64,000 nucleotides of DNA from Deltaproteobacteria bacterium (lineage in GTDB: Bacteria > Myxococcota_A > Polyangia > Fen-1088): the NCBI GenBank assembly GCA_033763315.1, contig JANRKS010000021.1, forward strand, positions 1 through 64,000, written 5' to 3'. Positions 38,674-48,300 of the stretch are shown here, piece by piece. Every line of letters starts with the position of its first letter. Positions within the stretch are counted from its first letter, which is position 1. The notes beneath the pieces were generated by a model, which had not been told where the DNA came from, made no database searches, and saw nothing but the letters and a program-made list of their open reading frames with translations. The translations under genes were made by a program, and so were the position numbers.

Positions 38674-41600
38674 TCAGGGCGGATAGAGCCTCGACATGGG
38701 CACGTCTCGTTTCGTCATGCTGGCGCTCGACCACTGCAAACGCGCCACGGCGCCACCATAGTTCTCGAAGTATTCGAGCACGATGGGATACTTTTGGCCC
38801 GCGACCACCGACAGGCTCCCCACGTTTTCTGTGGGCGCGTGCAGCGTCCAATTGTCGATCAAGGTTTGATCCCCCACGCGAAGCCGAACGCCATCATCGC
38901 TGCGTGTGTAGAACGTTAGGGTCTCCGTGTTTGGCGCTTCCACGAAGCCCGTCCACCGCACGCTAAACGTATCTGGTGCCAAGCTTGGTTCGGGCGAGCC
39001 TTGCCCCCAATCGAAACTGACGGTCGCATCCGTTCGCACCAAAGTGGATACATCGAAAGCCGTACCATCGAAGTATTCGCCGCGCAGACCTGTGCCGGTG
39101 CCGGGCGGCACAACCGGCGGCTCCGTGGGATAAAGCAAAGCGGTCGGGATGATCTCTCGCGCGCGTGTGGGGGTTGACCAAAACAGACGAGCGGTGGCGC
39201 CGCCATACGCCTCGAAGAATTCAAGGACGACGTCATACGTTTGTCCCGCCACAAGGTTGATCGTGCCGCTGTGCTCGGTGGGTGCGTGGTCGTTCCATTG
39301 ATCGATGAGCGGCACGCCGTTAATCAGCAACCGAATGCCATCGTCACTGATTGTATAAAAGGTGAAGGCTTCAGTTGAAGGCGCCCGCACTTTGCCCGTC
39401 CACCGCACAGAGAACGTATCGGCACCGAGCGTCGGATCAGGCGAACCGTTGCTCCATTGAAAATCAACGCTCGAATCCACACGCACCAACTTGGACTCCG
39501 CCAAATCTTGATCGTCAAAGTATTCGCCGCGAAGCCCCGTGCCCTCGACGGCTGTGTTCGGTGGAAACAAGCTGGCCGCGGGGATCGCTTGCCGGGCCAG
39601 CCCCGGACCAGACCAGTGCAAACGTGCCGCCGCACCGCCGCCGCGCTCGTAGAATTCGTACTTGATGTCGTAGATCTGATCTTGGGTCAGATTAACGGTG
39701 GCGGTGCGCTCGGTGGGGCCATGATCAACCCAATCGTCGATGATGAGTTGGCCGCCCACCCACAGGCGTTGGCCATCGTCGCTTGTCACGTGGAAGGTCA
39801 CTGGCCCCGTGATTGGCGCGCGCACGGCCCCTGTCCAGCGCGCAGAGAAGCGGTCATTGGGCAACTGGGCCGCGGGCGCGCCAGCACCCCAATCAAAATC
39901 CACCTGCGAATCAAGGCGCGTGAGTTGCAAGCTCGTCAGCGTCATATCGCTGAAGTATTCGCCCGTCAGCCCCGTGCCCGCAGGGCCCAAGCGGGCGTAA
40001 GTGGCCGTGTATGTGGTAGCCGTGGCGGGTGCCACGATGTTGTGTGAGGCGGCCAAACCATCAGACCAGTTGGCGAACCGATGGTATGAGCCCGCCACTG
40101 ATTGCGGCGAAGGCGCGGAGATGGTTTGCGTTGAACCCACGATCACGGTGGCATTGACCGGGGCCACCCCGCTCTTACCACTGAGCGACAGCGTCAATCC
40201 AGGCTCGTTGGCTGCCAAAGTTAAGTTGACTGTGCGTGGATCCAAACGCACCGACGTGCTGGTGGTGGCGCCACTCGAATCGGTGGCCGTGAGCACAAGC
40301 TCCATAAACGAAGGGTATTCGTGGTCAGGCGCTGTGAGTGTTCCTGAATCCACGCCATCCCACGTTTGCACAGGGTGAACGTGGCAAAGCTGAGGGCAAT
40401 GCAACATGCGAAATTGCCACCGCAACGCCGACGGCGGCAGCGCGCCATCTTCAGCGTCGATGGCGTGACCTGCAAAAACCACGGTTTCGCCCACGCTCCA
40501 AACCAGCGTCGATGCGGGGGCATCGATCACAACGGTGGGAGGCTCGTTCGTGACGCCCGCCTGAACGACGATGGGCTGGCTCTCGGCGGCCGCGCCGCGC
40601 TCGTCGATCACACGCAGCCGCGCGTTGTATGTGCCTGGGGTTGTGTACGTGAAGGAAGCTTGAGGGCCGGTAGCGTCGTTGAACAGCCCATCGCCATCGA
40701 GATCCCAGGCATACGTCAACGCCTCGCCCGGTTGCCCTGGCGTCGAAGCGCTGCCATCAAAGGTGACCGCCAACGGTGCAGGCCCTTGGTTGGGGCTGGC
40801 CGTGCCAAGCGCCGTGGGCGCCAAATAACGCAAGCGATGAATCTTGCCCGTGAGGTCTACGTAAAACAGATCGCCGTTCGGGCCAGCGCGCAATTCCACC
40901 GGGCTGCTGGCGGCAGAGACGATCGGAGTGATAGACGTCGGATCGGGCACGCCATTGGCCCCGGCACGCATCGCCCAGATGCAGCGACGAGAATAGTCCG
41001 AGAAAAACAGAGCGCCGTGCAAATCAGGCGGGTAGGAGCCGGCACCGTAAAACGCAACACCTGAGACCGACGAGCTGCCCGAACCACAACCGTCGGCTGG
41101 GGCCACCACGCTGTTATGCGCGTAAGGATAATAAGGCGCGGTGGCGCTGCCCTCAGCGTAAAGGCTGTTGCACAAGTTCAGGTTGGCGCTTGAAAAGCCG
41201 TTGTTCTTGCCGGCGCCCTCGTAGCAGGGCCAGCCGAAATTCGTGAGGCCCGCGGTTGGATCAACAACGCGGTTGATCTCTTCCCAATCGTTGGCGCCCA
41301 CGTCGCCAATCCACAATTCGTTCGTGCCTGGGCGCACGGTCATGCGGAAAGGGTTGCGCAAACCATAGGCGACCACGCGCGCGAGGTTCGCGTCCGCATC
41401 GCCGTAGCGTGGATTTCCGGGGCTTGCGGCCCCCGTATCGGGATCGACGCGAAGCACGCTGCCGTTGAGCACAACGGGGCCACCGCGCCTTGGGCTTTGG
41501 CTGCGCAAAGCACCACCTGCGGCTGTGGGAGCCGATAAAGGTGTGCCCACCGCGCCTGGAGGTTCACCGAACGGGTTGGGTGGATCGCCGCTTTGGCCAT

Positions 41601-42255
41601 AGTCGGTGAAGTTGAAGCTCGCACCATCGCCCGCCGTGGCATAGAGCGCGCCATCAGCGCCGAACTCCAAGCTGCCAACGGAGTGGCTGGGGAACTGCTG
41701 CGGCCAGTCCTCCACCAACACAACCTCATCACCCACCATCACGTTGCCGCTGATTGTGAGGCGCGACAGATGCCCACTGACGATGCATCCGTTCACCGTG
41801 GCTCCGGGCGGATTTGGGCACGTATCACCCCACCGGGGGGCGGTTGCGCCCAACGCGCCATCGAACGTGTAAAGCACGTAGATATACGGACGCGCAGGAA
41901 AAGCAGGATCCACCGCCAGCCCCAGCAGCCCGCGATCCCAGAAATTGTGGACCTTGACGCTGAGATCGGCCACCACCGTGGGCGTGGCGTCGGCCAGATC
42001 ATCAAACACCAAAATGCGCCCGCCCTTCTCGCCGACAAATATGCGGCCATCGGGCGCGAACCGCATCGTGGTGGGTTCGTTCAAACCCGAAAACACAACC
42101 ACATCTTGCAAACCGGCGCGCACCAATTGTTGCGCGACGGCTGGTGCAGAAGTGCTCGTGGCCTCGGGTGGCTTGTGGCAAGCCGATGCGGCAAAAGCGA
42201 TAAGACCGACGAAGGGCGCGTAAGAAAAATTTAAGCGAAGAATCATCGTGGACAT
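38674..42255 (-). CDS. Lipoprotein: PQQ-dependent sugar dehydrogenase (GSDH) + PKD + three PA14 domains
   Basis: Lipobox ASAC; DRGLLGLAVDP, FGADGALY, YGLRNPFR, GDVG...WEEIN, NFGWP; PKD YAWDLDGDG; three GL.GEYF...FS.RWTG...SDDG.RL repeats. Confidence 0.9.
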   Translation of the reverse strand: MSTMILRLNFSYAPFVGLIAFAASACHKPPEATSTSAPAVAQQLVRAGLQDVVVFSGLNEPTTMRFAPDGRIFVGEKGGRILVFDDLADATPTVVADLSVKVHNFWDRGLLGLAVDPAFPARPYIYVLYTFDGALGATAPRWGDTCPNPPGATVNGCIVSGHLSRLTISGNVMVGDEVVLVEDWPQQFPSHSVGSLEFGADGALYATAGDGASFNFTDYGQSGDPPNPFGEPPGAVGTPLSAPTAAGGALRSQSPRRGGPVVLNGSVLRVDPDTGAASPGNPRYGDADANLARVVAYGLRNPFRMTVRPGTNELWIGDVGANDWEEINRVVDPTAGLTNFGWPCYEGAGKNNGFSSANLNLCNSLYAEGSATAPYYPYAHNSVVAPADGCGSGSSSVSGVAFYGAGSYPPDLHGALFFSDYSRRCIWAMRAGANGVPDPTSITPIVSAASSPVELRAGPNGDLFYVDLTGKIHRLRYLAPTALGTASPNQGPAPLAVTFDGSASTPGQPGEALTYAWDLDGDGLFNDATGPQASFTYTTPGTYNARLRVIDERGAAAESQPIVVQAGVTNEPPTVVIDAPASTLVWSVGETVVFAGHAIDAEDGALPPSALRWQFRMLHCPQLCHVHPVQTWDGVDSGTLTAPDHEYPSFMELVLTATDSSGATTSTSVRLDPRTVNLTLAANEPGLTLSLSGKSGVAPVNATVIVGSTQTISAPSPQSVAGSYHRFANWSDGLAASHNIVAPATATTYTATYARLGPAGTGLTGEYFSDMTLTSLQLTRLDSQVDFDWGAGAPAAQLPNDRFSARWTGAVRAPITGPVTFHVTSDDGQRLWVGGQLIIDDWVDHGPTERTATVNLTQDQIYDIKYEFYERGGGAAARLHWSGPGLARQAIPAASLFPPNTAVEGTGLRGEYFDDQDLAESKLVRVDSSVDFQWSNGSPDPTLGADTFSVRWTGKVRAPSTEAFTFYTISDDGIRLLINGVPLIDQWNDHAPTEHSGTINLVAGQTYDVVLEFFEAYGGATARLFWSTPTRAREIIPTALLYPTEPPVVPPGTGTGLRGEYFDGTAFDVSTLVRTDATVSFDWGQGSPEPSLAPDTFSVRWTGFVEAPNTETLTFYTRSDDGVRLRVGDQTLIDNWTLHAPTENVGSLSVVAGQKYPIVLEYFENYGGAVARLQWSSASMTKRDVPMSRLYPP

Positions 42256-42594
42256 GTAGCCGTCAAGGGGTGGTTCGCAAGAGCTGATTAAACCAGTCCC
42301 GTAAAGTTTACGGACGTGGTTCGTGGCGCTTTACAGAAGCGCCATCACCAAGACGACAGACCGCAATTTTGTTCCCTTTGGTTCGCAAAAGAAGGCGAGC
42401 TTGGCTTGCTTATGGGTGCCGTCGAAACACGCTGGGATCGTTGAAGCGCCCCAAGCTGTATTTCGCGTGTGTAAAGCCAATTTTGCGGTTGTGCATACGA
42501 CCAACTTCCCTGAAGCAAAGCTGAAGCTGGAAGCGCAGCGCAGGGGCCAGCGATGGTGGCGCTGCTTGAAGGCAACTGTATGCTAGCCGGGAAG

Positions 42595-44022
42595 ATGCCG
42601 TCAGCTCAACTCGATCCGGTGACACCCGGCCCAAGCAGGCCCCCGGGCGCGTGGGGCCCCCTGCTTCGTTTCAAGCGGTTGGCGGGCTTGCCACTTGAAC
42701 GCTTTCTGAAAATCGAGGCGGCCAGCGGCGTGATGCTGCTGGTTGCAGCCGCCATCGCCTTGGCTTGGGCCAACTCACCCTTGGGTGAAACCTACCAGCA
42801 CTTTTGGCACGCACCGATTGGGATACGCGTGGCCTCGTGGTCGTTCGAACGACCGCTTGAATGGTACGTGAACGACGTCTTGATGGTGATCTTCTTTTTC
42901 CTCGTGGGGCTGGAGATTCGCCGCGAAATTCACCAAGGCGAGCTTTCCGAATGGCGCCGCGCCGCCCTGCCCGCCCTGGCCGCGGTGGGAGGCATGATCG
43001 CACCTGCCATCATCTATCTCATCATCGCGGGAAAGGGCGAAAGCCATTCAGGCTGGGGCGTGCCCATGGCCACGGACATTGCCTTCGCGGTGGGTGTGTT
43101 GGCGTTGCTTGGCAAACGCGTGCCACCGGCCCTGCGTGTGTTGCTGTTGGCGTTGGCCGTGATCGATGACCTTGGCGCGATTGTGGTGATCGCATTGTTT
43201 TATTCTTCGGGCATCAAGCTCATCGGCTTGCTGATCTTTGCGCTGGGCATCTGCGGGATGTTTGTGATGCAAGGCTGGGCGGTGCGGCACAAACTGGCGT
43301 ACGTTCTGCCTGCGTTCGTCACATGGTTGGGCGCTTACCTTGCCAACGTCCATCCCACGATTTCTGGTGTGGTGCTGGGGCTCATCACTCCCGTGGTGGC
43401 TTGGCTTGGCCCCACGGGGTTCGTAAAGGGCATCGAAGAAGAGCTGCGGCAGATTCACGCCGCCTGCGGCAAAGAACCCACACCGCTCGAATTGGCAGCC
43501 CCCCTTCGCCGCATCAACTTCGCGCGCCGCGAAGCCTTGTCGCCCGCGCAGAGCCTGATCGATACGTTGCACCCGTGGGTTGCGTATCTGATCATGCCTT
43601 TGTTCGCCCTGGCGAACGCCGGCGTGGCAGTGTCAGGCGTGGCCTTTGATCCGTTGTCACTTAAAATCACGCTTGGCGCGGGCTTGGGTTTGTTGATTGG
43701 CAAACCAATTGGCGTCGTGACGGCCTGCGTGTTGTCGATTCGTTTGCGCATTGCCACGCTTCCCTTGGGACTGGGCGCTCGTCACTTAACCGTGTTGGGG
43801 GTGACGGCCGGCATTGGCTTTACGATGGCGCTGTTCGTGGCGCAGCTGGCTTTCGACCAACCGGCCTTGCTGGCACCGGCGAAGCTTGGCGTGTTGATGG
43901 GCAGCAGTATGGCCGCCGTGTGTGGGCTCTTGCTCGGCCGGCTGCTGTTGCCCCGTGCCGCCGTGGTCGTGCCTGGCGCGGCCCAGACGGTCGATGAGGC
44001 CGAGCAATCCACCGTGGCGTAA
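42595..44022 (+). CDS. nhaA: Na+/H+ antiporter NhaA
   Basis: VNDVLM, GLEIRRE, GWGVPMATDIAF, LAVIDD, PLFALANAG, GKPIG, GIGFTMALF. Confidence 0.95.
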   Translation: MPSAQLDPVTPGPSRPPGAWGPLLRFKRLAGLPLERFLKIEAASGVMLLVAAAIALAWANSPLGETYQHFWHAPIGIRVASWSFERPLEWYVNDVLMVIFFFLVGLEIRREIHQGELSEWRRAALPALAAVGGMIAPAIIYLIIAGKGESHSGWGVPMATDIAFAVGVLALLGKRVPPALRVLLLALAVIDDLGAIVVIALFYSSGIKLIGLLIFALGICGMFVMQGWAVRHKLAYVLPAFVTWLGAYLANVHPTISGVVLGLITPVVAWLGPTGFVKGIEEELRQIHAACGKEPTPLELAAPLRRINFARREALSPAQSLIDTLHPWVAYLIMPLFALANAGVAVSGVAFDPLSLKITLGAGLGLLIGKPIGVVTACVLSIRLRIATLPLGLGARHLTVLGVTAGIGFTMALFVAQLAFDQPALLAPAKLGVLMGSSMAAVCGLLLGRLLLPRAAVVVPGAAQTVDEAEQSTVA

Positions 44023-44063
44023 AGGGCGCGCCAACGCCGGCCGATTGTGGTCTACTTCAGACT

Positions 44064-44678
44064 GTGAAAGCCATTGGTTTGGCCGCTGTGTATCTAACGC
44101 TGCTCGCGGCGTCGGCCTGCACGTGGACGCAGAACGTGGATGGTTTGTTTTGCGAAAACAACTGTCATGGCGGTGATGCCGGTGCTGACGCGGCGTCGGC
44201 CGGCAAAGGCAAACTTTATGTGCTTGCGGCGAATGTGCTGAACGACATTAAAGCCAACCGCATACGGCTTGAGCTGCGGGTGGTGAATAATACGAACGCC
44301 GACGTGGCGCTCAGCGACTTGGCCCTGCGTTACTACTTCACGATCGACACCGGAACAAACCCCGAGTTTCAATGCAATTTCACGCCCTCCATGGCGCCGC
44401 CCTATGATTGCAAGAACCTCGTGGCCACGGTGCCTGTGCTTGCGGCGAGCACCCCCACGGCCGATCACGCCTTTCAGATCACTTTCGGCGCTTCAGCGGG
44501 CCTTCTGCGCGCGTTCGGGGGCGATTCGGGCGTGATGAAGGTTAGCCTTTCGTCCGGCGGCGAGGACTTTGATCAAAGCAACGATTACTCCTTCCGCCCC
44601 GGCAACGTTGAGCCTGCATTAAGTGAAACGATTACGATCACACGCGCGGGCAAGCTCGTCTGGGGTCAGGCGCCTTAA
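44064..44678 (+). CDS. Lipoprotein with CBM3-like cellulose-binding domain
   Basis: Lipobox ASAC; LSDLALRYYFT, FDQSNDYSF, LVWGQAP. Confidence 0.8.
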   Translation: MKAIGLAAVYLTLLAASACTWTQNVDGLFCENNCHGGDAGADAASAGKGKLYVLAANVLNDIKANRIRLELRVVNNTNADVALSDLALRYYFTIDTGTNPEFQCNFTPSMAPPYDCKNLVATVPVLAASTPTADHAFQITFGASAGLLRAFGGDSGVMKVSLSSGGEDFDQSNDYSFRPGNVEPALSETITITRAGKLVWGQAP

Positions 44679-44717
44679 GCCGCAGCCGACGATTCAAGCC
44701 ACGCGATGTTCGCGGCA

Positions 44718-45524
44718 TCAAAAGACGCGGCCATACATCAAGACGGAACGACCGTTGCCCACGTCAAGCCACACGGGCAAAGCCAGGTCGTGCGTGTTGT
44801 TTGTTGTGTGAGGCGGATGCCACCACAACCACGCCGCCAAGGCGCCGAACGTGAGGCCCACGCCCAGACCAACGTCCGCAATCAAAAAATCGCGCGTTAG
44901 GCGATCGCGTTTCTGGGGAGCACAATTGGGCGCGCAACTGTCTTGCAGCTCTTGTTTGTAAATGAGGCCCAAGACGCCGAACGTGGCAAACGTCGCCGCG
45001 CCCGCGATGGCCGTTCCCGTGGCGGCCCAGCGCCATTTCGATGTCGAGCCTCCACCCGGTGTCACCCCAGGCGCGGGGGACGGTGTGTCTTGGCCGTGCA
45101 AGAGGATTGGTTGATCCTTGATCCCTTGCGACACCAAGACCGTGAAGCGTTGAGGAGGCCCATGGTTAAAGGCCACTTCAACTTGTTGCACGCCCGGGTT
45201 CACGGGTACCGAGCGGCCATCCCACGGCAACGTCCAAGCCACGCCGTTGACCTTTAGCGAGGTGACCGCACGAGGTTCAACGTCGGTAAACTTGAGGGTT
45301 ACGGTTGGTTGGCCCGCTTCAAGCTCGCTGAGCCAACGAACGCAGTCGCGTGCCAGCACCGCAGCACATGACGGTTGCGCACAGATCAGCGCCTGTTCAT
45401 GCGCGGCCAGCAAATCCCCTCCGCGCCGCAGACGTTGGGTGCTTTCGTAACTCTTAAGGCACATCTCCGTGTTCGCATCGGCTGCTTCCCCTGCGTGGGT
45501 CCACGCGAGCAAGCTTGCGAACAT
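44718..45524 (-). CDS. Exported/membrane protein of the myxobacterial PEGA-associated type
   Basis: Signal; C..SYE..QRLR.....AA..Q...C....C......DC..W; VPVNPG; C-terminal TM segments with CAPNC. Start uncertain. Confidence 0.65.
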   Translation of the reverse strand: MFASLLAWTHAGEAADANTEMCLKSYESTQRLRRGGDLLAAHEQALICAQPSCAAVLARDCVRWLSELEAGQPTVTLKFTDVEPRAVTSLKVNGVAWTLPWDGRSVPVNPGVQQVEVAFNHGPPQRFTVLVSQGIKDQPILLHGQDTPSPAPGVTPGGGSTSKWRWAATGTAIAGAATFATFGVLGLIYKQELQDSCAPNCAPQKRDRLTRDFLIADVGLGVGLTFGALAAWLWWHPPHTTNNTHDLALPVWLDVGNGRSVLMYGRVF

Positions 45525-45546
45525 CAAGGCCGCCGCGCCGCCTTTG

Positions 45547-46935
45547 CTAAAAGCATTGCGGCTTTGGAACCCGGATGCCGTCCTTATCGACGGTGAACGG
45601 GTTTTCGCATTCGTCAATGTGCGCCGGCGCAACAACGCGCTTGGCAGCTTTGGTGGTTGGTTTGCGCGGAACGGGCGCGGGCGCGGCAGGGGCATGCGGT
45701 GGTTCCAGAATAACAGAGCTTGGCGCCGGCTCAGGTTTCATCTTTACCTGCGGCGGCGGTGTCTGCGGCACTTTGTGTGGGGGCGCAGCGCTGCGTGGTG
45801 TGGTGGACCACGGGCGCGCGATCATGAGGGTGCCCCCACCAATCACCAGGAGCGCAGCCGCGAGCCAAGCAACGGAGGCGCGCCGCCGAGGCGGGGTCCC
45901 CTGTGCGCCGGGCAGCGGGGCGGTGGGCTGCTCCGCATTCGTGAAAAAGCTGACCCGATCAGGAGCCGCGTTTATCGGAGCGGCGGCAGACGTCAGGCTG
46001 GCAACCCGCCTGGATTGGGCATCGATGTCCTGGCCACACAACGCACGCATGGCGGCGTCCACTTCACGCCGCGAGGCCAACATCACCGCCCCCTCAATCG
46101 CTTCGGCCATGTGCCTTGCGGACGCCGGACGATCGGCGGCCGTGGGCGCCAAAGCGGCGTCGATAACGTCGATCAAGGCCTGCGGCAGCGTGGCCGAAGG
46201 GATCAACGGTGCAATGGCGCGGGCTTTGACCTGCGCGTAAAGCGCCGCCTCATCGTCGGCCTCGAAGAGGCGTCGGCCCGTCAAACATTCCCACGCCACG
46301 ATGGCCAGCGCATGCACGTCGCTGCGGGCATCAATACCTATCTGCTGGATCTGCTCCGGGGACATGTACGAAAGCTTGCCCTTGAGCTCGCCATGCCCGG
46401 TGCGGCCCATGCGCCCAGCCATGTGGGCGATGCCGAAATCCAAAACCCGCGCGACGCCGTCTTCGCCGATCAGGATGTTCTGTGGCGATACGTCGCGGTG
46501 AACGATGCCAAGCGATTGACCATCTTCGCCGCGCGCGGTGTGCGCCGCATGCAGGCCTTCAAGGCAATCGACCAACACCCGCGACACCACGGGCACCGGC
46601 AAGGACGTTGCGGCGGCCCGGGCCCGCGACAACAGCCGCGACAGCGTGACGCCGGGAACAAAATCCATCACGATCGCCGCGCCGTCGTCATCCGCGATAA
46701 AATCGATGATGGGCACCACGTTCGGGTGCTGCACGCGCGCCAACACGCGCGCTTCGTCCAAAAACATCGCGGCAAACCGGGGATCTTCGGCGTCGTGACT
46801 GTGCATCCGCTTGATCGCCACCAAACGTTGCCAGCCCGCGGGTCCGCGCTGGCGCCCGAGATAAACGCGCGCCATGCCACCTGACGCCAATTCGCCCAAC
46901 ACTTGATACCGATCGGAGGCAGCGGCAGCCGTCAT
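45547..46935 (-). CDS. Membrane Ser/Thr protein kinase
   Basis: ASGGMARVY, VAIKR, HRDVSPQN, DFG, GKLSYMSPE; TM segment and Pro-rich tail. Confidence 0.93.
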   Translation of the reverse strand: MTAAAASDRYQVLGELASGGMARVYLGRQRGPAGWQRLVAIKRMHSHDAEDPRFAAMFLDEARVLARVQHPNVVPIIDFIADDDGAAIVMDFVPGVTLSRLLSRARAAATSLPVPVVSRVLVDCLEGLHAAHTARGEDGQSLGIVHRDVSPQNILIGEDGVARVLDFGIAHMAGRMGRTGHGELKGKLSYMSPEQIQQIGIDARSDVHALAIVAWECLTGRRLFEADDEAALYAQVKARAIAPLIPSATLPQALIDVIDAALAPTAADRPASARHMAEAIEGAVMLASRREVDAAMRALCGQDIDAQSRRVASLTSAAAPINAAPDRVSFFTNAEQPTAPLPGAQGTPPRRRASVAWLAAALLVIGGGTLMIARPWSTTPRSAAPPHKVPQTPPPQVKMKPEPAPSSVILEPPHAPAAPAPVPRKPTTKAAKRVVAPAHIDECENPFTVDKDGIRVPKPQCF

Positions 46936-46939
46936 CACG

Positions 46940-48244
46940 TCACTTGCGCGGGCGCGCGAAACCATACTGCTCCAACCGGTAAATCAACGACCGGCGCGAG
47001 ATCCCAAGCAGCGCGGCGGCGCGCGTTTGGTTGCCCTGGCACGAGGCCAACGCCTCCTCAATGCGTCGTCGTTCGGTGGCGGCCACGTCGTCGGCCAACG
47101 GTCGCGCCTCGATCGGTGACATAATGGTTTGCCCCGCCAAACGGAAGGCCGCGGTAACCTCGTGTGCGGTGAGAACATCTGTCGTGCACAAAGCGCAGGC
47201 GCGTTCGATCGTTGTTTTTAATTCGCGGATGTTGCCCGGCCACGCGTGCGCCATCAAGGCGGTCACCGCGGTGGCGTCAAGGCGCAAGGCGCGTGTGGTG
47301 TCGCGCGCCACGTCCGCCACGAAGGCAGCGGCCAGCGGCGCGATCTCTTCGCGACGTTCGCGCAGCGGGGGCACCGTCAAAGTGATGCCGTTAAGCCTGA
47401 ACCACAGATCCGAGCGAAAGCGGCCCTGCGCCACCTGCTCTTGCAAATTGGCGTGGCTGGCGGCGATGAAACGAACGTTGATGGTTTTGGGTGTGACGCT
47501 GCCCAAGCGCAACACCTCAAGGTTGCCCACCGCGCGCAGGAGCTTGGCTTGGGTGCCGAGCGGCAGATCAGCCACTTCATCCAGCAACAATGTGCCACCT
47601 TGCGCGGATTCGATAAGCCCTGGCTTGGCCGCCGCCGCGCCAGTGAACGCGCCTTTTTCAAAACCAAACAGCTCGGCGTCCACCGTAGATTCAGGAAACG
47701 CGGCGCAATTGATTCGCACGAATGGTTTGTCGGCGCGCGGGGATTCATCGTGAAGCTTGCGCGCCAACACCTCTTTGCCGGAGCCCGTTTCGCCCGCCAA
47801 GATCACGTTGAGATTTGATTTTGCCACCAAGGCGGTCAGCGCTTGCGTGTTGGGCAGCGCCGGCGCCGCGCCCGCGAGCTCCTGCGGCTCTTGCAACACC
47901 AACACGGCGTCGCCCAACGTGATCGACGAGCCCGCCGTGACCGCGGCCATTTCGCCCGACGCCAACCGGCGCCCATTGATGGTGACCCCGTGCGCGCTGC
48001 CCAAGTCGCAGATTGTGGTGATGCCGTTGCGGCGCTCCAATTGGGCGTGCCGACGCGAGACCGCGGCCGAGCCCAAGCGCACATCGCAATCCAAACCTCG
48101 CCCGAAGGTGACGCTGCCTTCGTCCGGCAAAGCGCCCTCGGTGTGCCCACCGGGCCACAAAGCCACGAACCGAGTGTGCACCACGGCCGCGTCGGCCACG
48201 AAGGCAATCCGCGAGCGGGTCTTTTCGTCTTCGCCGGAGGTCAT
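46940..48244 (-). CDS. FHA-domain sigma54-dependent enhancer-binding protein
   Basis: FHA motifs GR...SRRHA...DLGSAHG; GETGSGKE, GAFTGA, LLLDE, WPGNIREL; Fis-type HTH NQTRAAALLGISR. Confidence 0.93.
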   Translation of the reverse strand: MTSGEDEKTRSRIAFVADAAVVHTRFVALWPGGHTEGALPDEGSVTFGRGLDCDVRLGSAAVSRRHAQLERRNGITTICDLGSAHGVTINGRRLASGEMAAVTAGSSITLGDAVLVLQEPQELAGAAPALPNTQALTALVAKSNLNVILAGETGSGKEVLARKLHDESPRADKPFVRINCAAFPESTVDAELFGFEKGAFTGAAAAKPGLIESAQGGTLLLDEVADLPLGTQAKLLRAVGNLEVLRLGSVTPKTINVRFIAASHANLQEQVAQGRFRSDLWFRLNGITLTVPPLRERREEIAPLAAAFVADVARDTTRALRLDATAVTALMAHAWPGNIRELKTTIERACALCTTDVLTAHEVTAAFRLAGQTIMSPIEARPLADDVAATERRRIEEALASCQGNQTRAAALLGISRRSLIYRLEQYGFARPRK

Positions 48245-48300
48245 AACAGGGTTATTCGGTGTACCACAGAAGCATGGCGGTGCCCGCTTGACCGGCGTGG

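Noticed and set aside
38700-39980. Three nucleotide-level repeats containing AAGTATTCGCC
   Set aside because: Explained by three tandem PA14 protein domains.
45469-46884. 471-aa plus-strand ORF
   Set aside because: Antisense shadow of the Ser/Thr kinase.
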